A stretch of DNA of 42,982 bases from a bacterium (GTDB taxonomy: Bacteria; Pseudomonadota; Gammaproteobacteria; Burkholderiales; SG8-41), in the NCBI GenBank assembly GCA_027310225.1, contig DAIDBG010000244.1, positions 1-42,982 on the forward strand, given 5' to 3'. The first letter of the stretch is position 1. Each line of letters opens with the position of its first letter. The notes under the pieces were generated by a model, which was not told the origin of the DNA, searched no databases, and saw nothing but the letters and a program-made list of their open reading frames with translations. The translations under genes were made by a program, and so were the position numbers. Positions 33,958 through 42,698 of the stretch are shown piece after piece.

Positions 33958-34361
33958 GCCTCCTCGGCGAGCCCGTCCAGGATCGGGCAGTCCGGGCGCT
34001 CGTCGCCGCGGCAGTGCGCCGCAAGGTGCTCCAGCGTGCGCTTCATGGCGCCGAGGTCGCGGATGCGCGCTTCCAGCTCCGCGATGTGCGCCTGCGCGAG
34101 CGCCTTGACCTTGCGGCTCGGCCGGCGCTGGTCGTGCCATAGTCCGAGAAGCTGCTCGATCTGCTTCACCGAGAACCCGAGCGCGCGGGCGTGGCGCACG
34201 AAGCGCAGCGTGTGCACATCGCTGTGGCCGTAGGTCCGGTACCCCGAACCCGCGCGCTTCGCCGCGGGCAGCAGTCCGATTCCCTCGTAGTGCCGGATCA
34301 TCCTTGCCGAGACGCCGGAGCGCTTCGCGGCCTCTCCGATGTTCATCAGCGCATGGTTCAT
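33954..34361 (-). CDS. cueR: MerR-family Cu(I)-responsive regulator, CueR-like (paralog 3)
   Basis: In-frame ATG 34361 within track ORF 33954..34733. MNHALMNIGEAAKRSGVSARMIRHYEGIGL ... CRGDERPDCPILDGL. Confidence 0.85.
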   Translation of the reverse strand: MNHALMNIGEAAKRSGVSARMIRHYEGIGLLPAAKRAGSGYRTYGHSDVHTLRFVRHARALGFSVKQIEQLLGLWHDQRRPSRKVKALAQAHIAELEARIRDLGAMKRTLEHLAAHCRGDERPDCPILDGLAEEA

Positions 34362-34442
34362 CAACGTGCCTTCGGCGCGGAAAGATCGCGGATCGTCGTC
34401 CGTGTACATCCAGAAGGATGCGCCGGCACCGCGGCGCGGGGG

Positions 34443-34456
34443 TTGACGTGGATCAA
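34443..34456 (-). promoter_or_regulatory. FNR-like box (minus strand TTGATCCACGTCAA)
   Basis: One half-site mismatch. About 80 nt upstream of cueR paralog 3. No convincing -10. Confidence 0.3.
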
Positions 34457-34537
34457 ACCGGCGCCATCGCGCTGCGGCAACGATGGCGCTCTCGATGCGT
34501 GGGCCGTGGAAGCCCGATACGCCGCGGGGCCCTCGGC

Positions 34538-34798
34538 TCAACTGACGGCGAACCGGTTGTAGAGCCACGCCAGGGCTCCCGCGACGAGCCACGCGCCGAC
34601 GACCCACGCGATCAGCCCGCCCAAGTAGACGCCCCAGGTCATCCCGTAGGCGATCTTGCCGAGTTCGACGTGAAAGAGATAGCTGAACCCGGCGTAAGCC
34701 GCGGCGGGAGCCACGGCGAGCAGCAGCGCGCATAGCGTGAACAGCACCGCCGTGACGATGGCGCTGGAGTTGGCGATTGCGAGCGTATCGAGCTTCAT
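34538..34798 (-). CDS. small 3-TM membrane protein (DUF5676-like)
   Basis: ATG 34798 follows GGAGG, in frame in track ORF 34538..34900. Paralog of 22713..22991. Confidence 0.7.
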   Translation of the reverse strand: MKLDTLAIANSSAIVTAVLFTLCALLLAVAPAAAYAGFSYLFHVELGKIAYGMTWGVYLGGLIAWVVGAWLVAGALAWLYNRFAVS

Positions 34799-34826
34799 GG
34801 CCGAACCTCCGTTCGATATCGCTGGC

Positions 34827-35198
34827 TCAGTGATGGTGGGCCGGTGCGGCGGATTGGCGCGCCGCGAGCGCCCAGATCGCATCGCCGACGATGAGCACAC
34901 CGACGATGACGTCGTTCCAGGCGGCGGTGGCGAGGCTCGCGTAGAAGCCGAGCGCGAACGGCGCGATGATCAGCCACGCACCGAGCACGAGGCTTACCCA
35001 CTCTTCCCACTTCTCGGGCGCGCGCAGCGCCCACGCCGCCGCGATCACGATCGCGATGCCGACGAGGTAGGAATTCCACGCGGCCAGCCCGACGAGCGGC
35101 CCGTAGTTCATGAAGAACGGCGCGAAAAACAGCCACACGCCCAGAACGAGCGTCACGCCGTCCTGCCAGCGCTGCTTGCCTTGCATTGCGGTATCCAT
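34827..35198 (-). CDS. SPW-repeat-like 4-TM membrane protein (paralog 2)
   Basis: ATG 35198 follows AAGGAGA, in frame in the long track ORF 34827..36065. High identity to 26488..26853. Confidence 0.75.
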   Translation of the reverse strand: MDTAMQGKQRWQDGVTLVLGVWLFFAPFFMNYGPLVGLAAWNSYLVGIAIVIAAAWALRAPEKWEEWVSLVLGAWLIIAPFALGFYASLATAAWNDVIVGVLIVGDAIWALAARQSAAPAHHH

Positions 35199-35238
35199 GA
35201 CGTTTCTCCTTTCAGTTGGACTCACAAAAAACGATTGC

Positions 35239-35269
35239 AACATGCGCCTTGACATGGTTGGAAGGTCAA
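35239..35269 (-). promoter_or_regulatory. CueR/MerR-type promoter (TTGACC, 19-bp spacer) for the SPW-like operon
   Basis: The minus strand reads TTGACCTTCCAACCATGTCAAGGCGCATGTT. On the plus strand the dyad is CTTGAC-N11-GTCAAG. Confidence 0.5.
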
Positions 35270-35283
35270 GCCCCGCCTCCTGC

Positions 35284-35314
35284 TTGACATTGACACGATG
35301 GCAAGGCGCAGGCT
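35284..35314 (+). promoter_or_regulatory. CueR/MerR-type promoter (TTGACA, 19-bp spacer, CAGGCT), divergent partner
   Basis: TTGACATTGACACGATGGCAAGGCGCAGGCT, 38 nt upstream of ATG 35352. Confidence 0.5.
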
Positions 35315-35351
35315 TTGGGACACCCAACGTGGCGAGAAGGAGAGTTCTCCC

Positions 35352-36248
35352 ATGAGCTGGCTGGCACAAAACTGGATCTGGGTGGTGGTCGCGATCGGCA
35401 TCGCCTGGTTTTTCCTTCGCAGCGGACGCGCGCACGGGCACGCGGGCGGCGCGGGAGGTCTGCTCGAAGCCTTCGGCGGTCACGGCGGCCACGGCTCTCA
35501 CGGGCATTCGCAGAGCGCGCAGCCGGCGAATCCGCCGCAGCCGGCGGTCGATCCGGTGAGCGGCGAGACCGTCACCGCCGCGCAGGCGCTGAGGCCCCCG
35601 CGCCGGCGCGGGATGGAGCACGAGTACCACACCTTGTCGATCCGCGAGCTGGACGCGGGAGCCGGGATGCGGCGCCCCGCCCAGGCGCAGGCGGCGCGCG
35701 TGACGCTCGAATCGAGCGCGCTCGAGGTGATGACGGATCTCACGCGCGTCAGCCCCGCGACCATCGGCCCGCAGGCGCCGCTCGCGGGCGCCAACCGGTT
35801 CATGATCACGCGTGGCGTGCGGCTGCTGCTGGTGGTGGTGGTGGTCGACGACGAGGAGAGGGTGGTCGGCGTGATCACCGCGAGCGACATTCTCGGCGAA
35901 CGGCCAATGCTTGCGGTGACCAAGCGCGGGCTGCGGCGCGACGAGCTGACGGTGGCCGACGTGATGACGCCCGTCGAGCGCGTCGAGGCGATCGCCTACG
36001 CCGACGCGGCGGGCGCGCACGTCGGGCACGTGCTCGAGACGCTGCGGCGCACCGGCCGGCAGCACGTGCTGGTGGTGGACTACGACGCCCTGCCACCGCC
36101 CGCGCCGCTCGCCCCGCCGGTGATGCGCGCCATGGTGCGCGGCATCTTCTCGATCTCGCAGGTCGCGCGGCAGCTCGGGGTGACGCTGCCGCCGGGCACC
36201 GAGGTGGCGCGCACCTTCTCCGAGATCGAGGCGGCGCTTGGCCGTTAG
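35352..36248 (+). CDS. chimeric ORF: DUF2933/His-rich/YHS-like N-terminus run into a CBS-pair protein
   Basis: GAAGGAGA RBS. The first ~98 aa parallel 42699.. (MSWLAQNWIWVV..HGGHGSHGH..VDPVSGETVTAAQAL). A CBS-pair protein then follows, with its own in-frame ATG at 35613. Confidence 0.6.
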   Translation: MSWLAQNWIWVVVAIGIAWFFLRSGRAHGHAGGAGGLLEAFGGHGGHGSHGHSQSAQPANPPQPAVDPVSGETVTAAQALRPPRRRGMEHEYHTLSIRELDAGAGMRRPAQAQAARVTLESSALEVMTDLTRVSPATIGPQAPLAGANRFMITRGVRLLLVVVVVDDEERVVGVITASDILGERPMLAVTKRGLRRDELTVADVMTPVERVEAIAYADAAGAHVGHVLETLRRTGRQHVLVVDYDALPPPAPLAPPVMRAMVRGIFSISQVARQLGVTLPPGTEVARTFSEIEAALGR

Positions 36249-36265
36249 GCGAAGTCAATCGAAAC

Positions 36266-36382
36266 GCCCGCGCGCTGGCGGACGGGGAGCCCGGGACGCC
36301 GGCGCAGTACGCGCGACTTATCGCGGCTGAGATCCACGCCGAGCTCGTTCCCGCGCGCAAGCTCGCTTGGCTCCTCTATTAT
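36266..36382 (+). pseudogene. fragment homologous to the middle of the geranylgeranyl-reductase-like gene (compare 23920..24040)
   Basis: ARALADGEPGTPAQYARLIAAEIHAELVPARKLAWLLYY versus ARALAGGASGTLAQYTDLIDAEIHEEFRPARNIAFFLYAF. Confidence 0.5.
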
Positions 36383-36409
36383 CGAGGACGCCGGCGCGGC
36401 GCAGCGCGC

Positions 36410-36770
36410 TCAGTCTGCGCTCTCGTCGTTTATCTCCTTCGCTCCACCGTGAGCCGCCACGGGCGCGGCGCCTGGCACCTGCGGGTGCAGGCGCGCGAAA
36501 GCGACCGGGGCGATCAACACGCTGAGCAGCGCGACGATGACGAGCGCCGAGCCGAGCGCCGCGTTGATCATGCCGAGCGAACGGCCGAAGCAGAGTCGTG
36601 CCGAAGTCGGCTACCGCCGCGTGACCATGAGGAGCTGCCCGTAGGGGCCGTGCAGCAGCTCACGCTCGCGTAGGACGGAGAGGATTGCGCCGAGCGATGT
36701 CGAGACGAGCAGGAAGGCGACGAGCGTCGGGCCCGGGAGCAGCCCGGCAGCCGCGAGCGGAAGGAAACCA
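36410..36770 (-). pseudogene. C-terminal fragment of a cation:proton antiporter-like membrane protein, disrupted
   Basis: Hydrophobic minus-strand reading ..GLLPGPTLVAFLLVSTSLGAILSVL.. is interrupted by TAG (36611..36613) and an apparent frameshift (AAVADFGTTLL in another frame). No start codon. Confidence 0.35.
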
Positions 36771-36899
36771 GACAATGAGCAACTCGGCAGGCAGCGAAAG
36801 CATCGAGATCTTGCGCGAAGCGGCGACGATCGCGCCCCTCGCCATCGGATCGGCGCTCACCGGGTGGGGCCTGCTGCGCCTGAAAACAAGGCTTTACGC

Positions 36900-36940
36900 T
36901 TGATCTAGATCAACCGGGCCCCGGTGCCGGGGCTTATAAT
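36900..36940 (+). promoter_or_regulatory. perfect FNR/CRP-family box TTGATCTAGATCAA plus TATAAT 21 nt downstream (class II geometry)
   Basis: Box 36900..36913, TATAAT 36935..36940. About 130 nt upstream of copA ATG 37069. Confidence 0.6.
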
Positions 36941-37068
36941 TCGCTGCAACTTCGAAGGAACATTGAAGGTCACAGTCACAATTCACGGGGTTTTCGCGCT
37001 CGTGCGCGCCGCAGCCGCGCCATACGTGCCGCTTGAAGAACAGGCGCTTGGAATATTGGGAGCTAACG

Positions 37069-39558
37069 ATGGGAACGATCGAGACTCGGACTGAACGCGT
37101 CGAGCTGCCGGTGTCCGGCCTGACTTGCGCGCATTGCGTGCAGACGCTCGAAAAGGCGCTTGCCGCCGTGCGCGGCGTCAAGCGTGCGGTGGTGAACCTC
37201 GCCGCGAGCCGCGCCTTCGTGGAGTACGACCCGGCGGAGACCGCGCTTCCCGCGCTGCACGAAGCGATCAAGGCGGCGGGCTACCGCGCGGACACGGCCA
37301 AGACCCGCTTCAAGATCGAAGGCATGACCTGCGCCTCCTGCGTGACGAAGATCGAGCAGGCGCTGCGCGAGACGCCCGGGGTGGTCGCGGCGAGCGTCTC
37401 GCTCGGAGCCGAGGAGGCGCTGGTCGAATATCACCCGGCGGTCGCGGACCACGCGGCGATCGAGGCCGCCGCGGCCTCGGCCGGCTACAAGGTGCGCGAA
37501 GCGCCCGCGCCTGCGGGCCCCGACGCGTTCGACCGCGAGCAGCAGGAGCGCGAGCACGAGTACCGCAGCCTCATGCGCAAGTGGTGGTTCGCCGCGCCGG
37601 TCGCCGTCTTCACGATGTTCATGAGCTATCCGTGGCTCTTCCCGGTGTTGCGCGACTGGTTCCCGCGCGGCAGCTCCCAGCTCTGGTACACCTGGGCGTT
37701 CATGGGCGTCGCCTCCGCGGCGGTGCTCGCCTACAGCGGCAACCAGTTCTTCACCGGCGCGTGGCAGGCGCTTCAGCACCGCTCGGCCAACATGCACACG
37801 CTGATCGCGATGGGCACCGGCGTGGCGTGGATCTATTCGACGATCATCCTGCTGTTCCCGCAACTGCTGCCGGCCTCCGAAGAGCTCGAGGTGTACTACG
37901 ACGTGACGGTGGTCGTCACCGCGCTCGTCGTGCTCGGGCTCGCCATGGAACTCAAGGCGAAGGGCAGGACCTCGGACGCGATCAAGAAGCTGATCGGCCT
38001 GCAGGCGAAGACCGCGCGCGTCGTCCGGAACGGCAAGGAACTGGACATCCCGGTCGAGGAGGTGGTGGTCGGCGATCTCGTGGTGGTGCGCCCGGGAGAG
38101 AAGATTCCGGTGGACGGCGAGATTTCAGAGGGCTCCTCCGCGGTCGACGAGTCCATGGTCACCGGCGAGTCGCTGCCGGTCGAGAAGAAGGCCGGCGACG
38201 AGGTGATGGGCGCCACCATCAACAAGACCGGCGCGTTCAAGTTCAGGGCGACCCGGGTCGGCAAGGATACCGCGCTCGCGAGCATCATCCGCATGGTGCA
38301 GGACGCGCAGGGCTCCAAAGTCCCGATCCAGAGGATCGTGGACGTGGTGTCGGGCTATTTCACTCCGGCGGTGGCGATCCTCGCCGTGCTCGGCTTCATG
38401 GCCTGGTACACGTTCGGGCCGGAGCCGCGCGTCGTGTTCGCGCTCATCGTGGCGGTGACGACGCTGATCATCGCCTGCCCGTGCGCGCTCGGCATGGCGA
38501 CGCCGATGTCGCTCACCACGGGCGTGGGCCTGGGGGCGCTCAACGGCATCCTGATCCGCGACGGCACGGCGCTGCAGAGCGCGCAGAAGCTCCAGACGAT
38601 CATCCTCGACAAGACCGGGACGATCACCCACGGCAAGCCGGCGCTGACCGACGTGATCACGGCCGGCGGCGTGCCCGAGGCGGACCTGCTGCGCCTCGCG
38701 GGAGGCGTGGAGAAGTCCTCCGAGCATCCGCTCGCCGCCGCGATCGTCGAAGGCGCATTGGCGCGCGGCCTGACGCTCGCCAATCCGGGCGAGTTCAACG
38801 CGATCCCGGGCCACGGCATCGAGGCGCGCATCGAGGGTCGCGCGCTCCTGCTCGGCAACGTGAAGCTGATGCGCGACCGGAAAATCGCGCTCGGCGCGCT
38901 GGAAGAGCGCGCGGCGCAGCTCGCCGACGAAGGCAAGACGCCGATGTACGTCGCCTTGGACGGCCGCGCCGCCGGCCTGGTCGCGGTGGCCGACACGATC
39001 AAGCCGGACTCGGTGGCGGCCATCGCCGCGCTCAATCGCATGGGCCTCGAGACGGTGATGATCACCGGCGACAACGAGCGCACGGCAAAGGCGATCGCCC
39101 GCCAGTGCGGCATCGAGCGCGTGCTGGCGGAAGTCCTGCCGCAGGACAAAGCCTATAACGTGCAGAAGCTCCAGCTCGAGGGCAAGAAGGTGGGCATGGT
39201 GGGCGACGGCATCAATGACGCGCCCGCCCTCGCCCAGGCCGACGTCGGCTTCGCCATCGGCACCGGCACCGACGTCGCCATCGCCGCCTCCGCCATCACG
39301 CTGATCAAGGGCAGCCTCCACGGCGTGGTGCTCGCCATGCAGATCAGCCGCGCCACGATGCGCAACGTGTATCAGAACCTGGTCGGCGCGTTCGTCTACA
39401 ACACGCTCGGGCTGCCGATCGCCCTGGGCGTGCTCTACCCCTTCTTCGGCATCCTGCTCTCGCCGCTGCTCGCCGCGATCGCCATGGCGTTCAGCTCGGT
39501 GACCGTGATTTCCAATGCCAATCGGCTCAAGCGGTGGAAGCCGCAGGTCGCCGTCTGA
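37069..39558 (+). CDS. copA: Cu(I)-translocating P1B-type ATPase with two HMA domains
   Basis: In-frame ATG 37069 in track ORF 37033..39558. GLTCAHC and GMTCASC, CPC ([11 protein letters not shown]), [20 protein letters not shown]. Confidence 0.92.
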   Translation: MGTIETRTERVELPVSGLTCAHCVQTLEKALAAVRGVKRAVVNLAASRAFVEYDPAETALPALHEAIKAAGYRADTAKTRFKIEGMTCASCVTKIEQALRETPGVVAASVSLGAEEALVEYHPAVADHAAIEAAAASAGYKVREAPAPAGPDAFDREQQEREHEYRSLMRKWWFAAPVAVFTMFMSYPWLFPVLRDWFPRGSSQLWYTWAFMGVASAAVLAYSGNQFFTGAWQALQHRSANMHTLIAMGTGVAWIYSTIILLFPQLLPASEELEVYYDVTVVVTALVVLGLAMELKAKGRTSDAIKKLIGLQAKTARVVRNGKELDIPVEEVVVGDLVVVRPGEKIPVDGEISEGSSAVDESMVTGESLPVEKKAGDEVMGATINKTGAFKFRATRVGKDTALASIIRMVQDAQGSKVPIQRIVDVVSGYFTPAVAILAVLGFMAWYTFGPEPRVVFALIVAVTTLIIACPCALGMATPMSLTTGVGLGALNGILIRDGTALQSAQKLQTIILDKTGTITHGKPALTDVITAGGVPEADLLRLAGGVEKSSEHPLAAAIVEGALARGLTLANPGEFNAIPGHGIEARIEGRALLLGNVKLMRDRKIALGALEERAAQLADEGKTPMYVALDGRAAGLVAVADTIKPDSVAAIAALNRMGLETVMITGDNERTAKAIARQCGIERVLAEVLPQDKAYNVQKLQLEGKKVGMVGDGINDAPALAQADVGFAIGTGTDVAIAASAITLIKGSLHGVVLAMQISRATMRNVYQNLVGAFVYNTLGLPIALGVLYPFFGILLSPLLAAIAMAFSSVTVISNANRLKRWKPQVAV

Positions 39559-39570
39559 AGGAGAAAGCGC

Positions 39571-39948
39571 ATGACCTGGGACAGAATCATCGTGGATGTG
39601 GTGGGGCTCGGGCTAATCGCCGGCATCGTCTGGTTTTTCTGGCTGGTGAAGACGAAGGGCGTGAAGGCCGCGCTCACGAGCGGCGGCTATCAGGAGCAGA
39701 TGGTGCTGGTGAAAGGCGGCTACACGCCGGATGTGATCGTGCTCGAGCGCGGCAAGCCGGCGCGGCTCAATTTCGTGCGCCAGGAATCGGCCTCGTGCAG
39801 CGAGATGGTGCTGATCCCGGCCTTCAACAAGAGCACGCAACTGCCCGAGGGGGAGACCGTCGCGGTCGAGTTCATGCCCGCCGAAACAGGGGAGTACGAG
39901 TTCGCCTGCCAGATGGGGATGCTGCGCGGCAAGCTGATCGTGGAGTGA
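39571..39948 (+). CDS. membrane-anchored cupredoxin-like protein commonly found after copA
   Basis: N-terminal TM helix. GGYTPDVIVLERGKPARLNFVRQESASCSEMVLIPAF...YEFACQMGMLRGKLIVE. Confidence 0.8.
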   Translation: MTWDRIIVDVVGLGLIAGIVWFFWLVKTKGVKAALTSGGYQEQMVLVKGGYTPDVIVLERGKPARLNFVRQESASCSEMVLIPAFNKSTQLPEGETVAVEFMPAETGEYEFACQMGMLRGKLIVE

Positions 39949-39953
39949 GCGTC

Positions 39954-41777
39954 ATGGGAAGCGGCGTCCCTTTCCGCGTGCTGACGATCAATGCCGGCAG
40001 CTCGTCGGTCAAGCTCGCGGTTTTCGACACCGCGGCCAACACGCAGCTCTTCAAGTCCGTGCTCGAGCGCGTGAGCTCGGTCGAGGACGCGGTGCGCGGA
40101 ATCCCGGCGCTGCTCAAAGCGCAGGGCATCGCCGCGCCCGATGCGGTCGGGCACCGCGTGGCGCACGGGGGCGCGAGGTTCCGCGACGCCTGCGCGATCG
40201 ATGCCGGCGTCATCGAGGCGATCGAGGCCTGCGTGCCGCTCGCGCCGATGCACAATCCTCTTGCGCTCGCGGGGATCAAGGCCGCCGCCCGCGCCTGGCC
40301 GGACGTGCCGCAGGTGGCGGTGTTCGATACCGCTTTCCACCAGACGATTCCCGAGCGCGCCGCGACCTACGCCGTGCCGCGGGCCTGGCGGGAGGCGGGC
40401 GTGAGGCGCTACGGCTTTCACGGCACCTCGCACAAGTACGTGATGCAGCGGGTGGCCGAGGAGCTGCGGACACCCCCCACGGAGCTGCGCATCATCAGTT
40501 GCCACCTCGGCAACGGCGCGAGCATCTGCGCCATCGAGCGCGGCGCGTCGGTCGACACCTCGATGGGCATGACCGCGCTCGAAGGGCTGGTGATGGGCAC
40601 GCGCTGCGGCGACGTCGATCCCGGGCTCTTCGCCCATCTGGAGCGCACGCTCGGACTCTCCGCCGCCGGGATCGAGCGCTCGCTCTATCGCGAGAGCGGC
40701 CTCGCGGCGCTCTCCGGACTGGGCAACGACATGCGCGACATCGAGAAGCGCGCCGCCGAAGGCGACAGGAACGCGCAGCTCGCGATCCAGGTGTATGCGT
40801 ACCGCGTGCGCAAGTACCTCGGCGCCTACGCCGCCGCCATGAGCGGTGTGGACGTCATCGCCTTCACCGGCGGCATCGGCGAGCACTCGGCCTCGATGCG
40901 CGCCCGCATTCTCTCCGGGCTCGAATTCCTGGGGCTCGCGCTCGACGAGGACCGCAACGCCGGCGTGCGCCTCGCCGATTCCGAGGCGCCGCAGATCCAG
41001 CGCGACAATTCGCGCGTGCGGGTCATCGTCACGCGCACGCGCGAGCAGTGGATGATCGCGCGCGAGACGGCGCGAATCCTCGCGCGCGAGACGGCGCCCG
41101 CGCAGGCGCCGGCGCCGATCCCGATCGCGGTTTCGGCGCATCACGTGCACCTGACGCAAGCCGCGGTCGAGCAGCTCTTCGGCGCCGGCCACCGGCTCAC
41201 GCTGCGCAAGGCGCTGAGCCAACCGGGGGCCTGGGCGGCCGAGGAGACGGTGGACGTGATCGGCCCGCGCGGCGAGCTGGCCCGTCTGCGCGTGCTTGGG
41301 CCCTGCCGCGAAGCGAACCAGATCGAGATCGCCGAAACCGAAGCCTACAAGCTCGGCATTGACGCGCCGCTGCGCCTGTCGGGCGACACGCGCGGCACGC
41401 CGGTGGTGACGCTGCGCGGCCCCACGGGAAGCCTGCGCACCGAAGGGCTGATCGTCGCCAAGCGGCACATCCACATGAGCCCGCAGGACGCCGCGGCGCG
41501 CGGCCTGAAGCACGGCGACCTCGCCGAGGTGGCGGTCAACTCGGAAGGTAGGGACCTCGTATTCCGCGACGTGGCGATCCGCGTCGATCCGCAGTTCGTG
41601 ACCGAGATGCACATCGACACCGATGAGGCGAATGCCGCGCATCTCGAGCACGGCGGCGCGGGAGAACTCGCGCCGGTCGAAGGCTGCAGCGCCCGTATCA
41701 CCCGCTGCCATGCTCCGGAAGGCGCCGGGGACACATCCTGCTGTCTGCACGAGCCCGAGGACAGGCGGGCAGCCTGA
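39954..41777 (+). CDS. fusion: acetate/propionate kinase (AckA) plus PduL-type phosphate acyltransferase
   Basis: In-frame ATG 39954 in track ORF 39534..41777. VLTINAGSSSVKLAVFD, HRVAHGG, SCHLGNGASI, FTGGIGEHS. Then the PduL repeats IAVSAHHVHL...VLGPCR and AKRHIHMSPQDA...EMHIDTDEANAA. Confidence 0.85.
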   Translation: MGSGVPFRVLTINAGSSSVKLAVFDTAANTQLFKSVLERVSSVEDAVRGIPALLKAQGIAAPDAVGHRVAHGGARFRDACAIDAGVIEAIEACVPLAPMHNPLALAGIKAAARAWPDVPQVAVFDTAFHQTIPERAATYAVPRAWREAGVRRYGFHGTSHKYVMQRVAEELRTPPTELRIISCHLGNGASICAIERGASVDTSMGMTALEGLVMGTRCGDVDPGLFAHLERTLGLSAAGIERSLYRESGLAALSGLGNDMRDIEKRAAEGDRNAQLAIQVYAYRVRKYLGAYAAAMSGVDVIAFTGGIGEHSASMRARILSGLEFLGLALDEDRNAGVRLADSEAPQIQRDNSRVRVIVTRTREQWMIARETARILARETAPAQAPAPIPIAVSAHHVHLTQAAVEQLFGAGHRLTLRKALSQPGAWAAEETVDVIGPRGELARLRVLGPCREANQIEIAETEAYKLGIDAPLRLSGDTRGTPVVTLRGPTGSLRTEGLIVAKRHIHMSPQDAAARGLKHGDLAEVAVNSEGRDLVFRDVAIRVDPQFVTEMHIDTDEANAAHLEHGGAGELAPVEGCSARITRCHAPEGAGDTSCCLHEPEDRRAA

Positions 41778-41813
41778 TCCTGTCGTTCTTATTATGAAGA
41801 ACTGGAGGAAACC

Positions 41814-42284
41814 ATGCTGAAAGATCTATTCATACTGGTACACCCGACGCTGGGCGTGCTCGGCGTGCTCGCGGCCCTGTGGGTGTTCGTCGAGGCGCTC
41901 AAGGTCAACGACGACACGCTCAGGCGCATGAAGATCGCCAGCGTGACGGTGGCGGTGCTCATGCTGCTCACCTGGCCGGCCGGCGGCGTCTGGGACAGCC
42001 TGTTCTACGGGGCCGACAAGGCGGTGATCGAGAAGGGTCCCTGGGCCTTCCTCGGCGACACGGCGATGGAGACCAAGGAGCACCTCTTCGTCATCGTGCT
42101 CCTTCTCTCCCTCTACCTGCCCATCGTCGTGTTCGCCGGCAACCTGCGCGCCAGCCGGGGCGCCCGTCTGCTGACGATGACCGTGGCCGGGCTGGTGGTG
42201 CTGTCCGGCCTGGCCATGGAAGGCGCCGGGGCGGTACTCGGCCTGTCGGTCAAAGTCGCCTTCTTCAATCTCATGGGAGCTTGA
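41814..42284 (+). CDS. 4-TM membrane protein, unknown family
   Basis: GGAGGA RBS. 156 aa. Conserved-looking His residues in TM1 and before TM3. Confidence 0.6.
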   Translation: MLKDLFILVHPTLGVLGVLAALWVFVEALKVNDDTLRRMKIASVTVAVLMLLTWPAGGVWDSLFYGADKAVIEKGPWAFLGDTAMETKEHLFVIVLLLSLYLPIVVFAGNLRASRGARLLTMTVAGLVVLSGLAMEGAGAVLGLSVKVAFFNLMGA

Positions 42285-42287
42285 GCC

Positions 42288-42659
42288 ATGTCAACCACGC
42301 ACGCGATCAAGGACACCGGAGCGCCCGCTCATGCTGCCGGGCGGGAGAACAAGGACCCCGAGGCGATCGGCCGTCCGGTGGCTTCGTTCGGCCTCTCGTT
42401 CGCCGTCGCCGTGCTGGCGACCGCAGTCATTTTCGCCATCAAGGCAGCCGAGCCGGAACTGGACGAGTGGGCCGAGGAGGCCTTCGGCCACGCCTGGTTC
42501 TATCAGGCCGTGCTCGCGCTCGTCCTGTTCTTCGGACTCGGCTTCATTCCAATGGGCGGCCGGCTCGGCGGTCGCGGCGTCGCCGCCATCGTCATCGGCT
42601 CGACGGTCGCGAGCGGGCTCATCATCCTCGCGGCCGCCGCCGCGTTGGCGCTGGGATAG
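42288..42659 (+). CDS. 3-TM membrane protein, unknown family
   Basis: Starts 4 nt after the previous stop. 123 aa. Confidence 0.55.
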   Translation: MSTTHAIKDTGAPAHAAGRENKDPEAIGRPVASFGLSFAVAVLATAVIFAIKAAEPELDEWAEEAFGHAWFYQAVLALVLFFGLGFIPMGGRLGGRGVAAIVIGSTVASGLIILAAAAALALG

Positions 42660-42698
42660 GGTTGCATCGGGTGACGCAGCAAACAAAAGGAGAACACC

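Noticed and set aside
36685-36903. 72-aa ORF (MRRAMSRRAG...) upstream of copA3.
   Set aside because: Only a 35-nt stretch matches a real gene (25152..25186), and the rest is Arg-rich. It is interpreted as a gene fragment within a decayed region.
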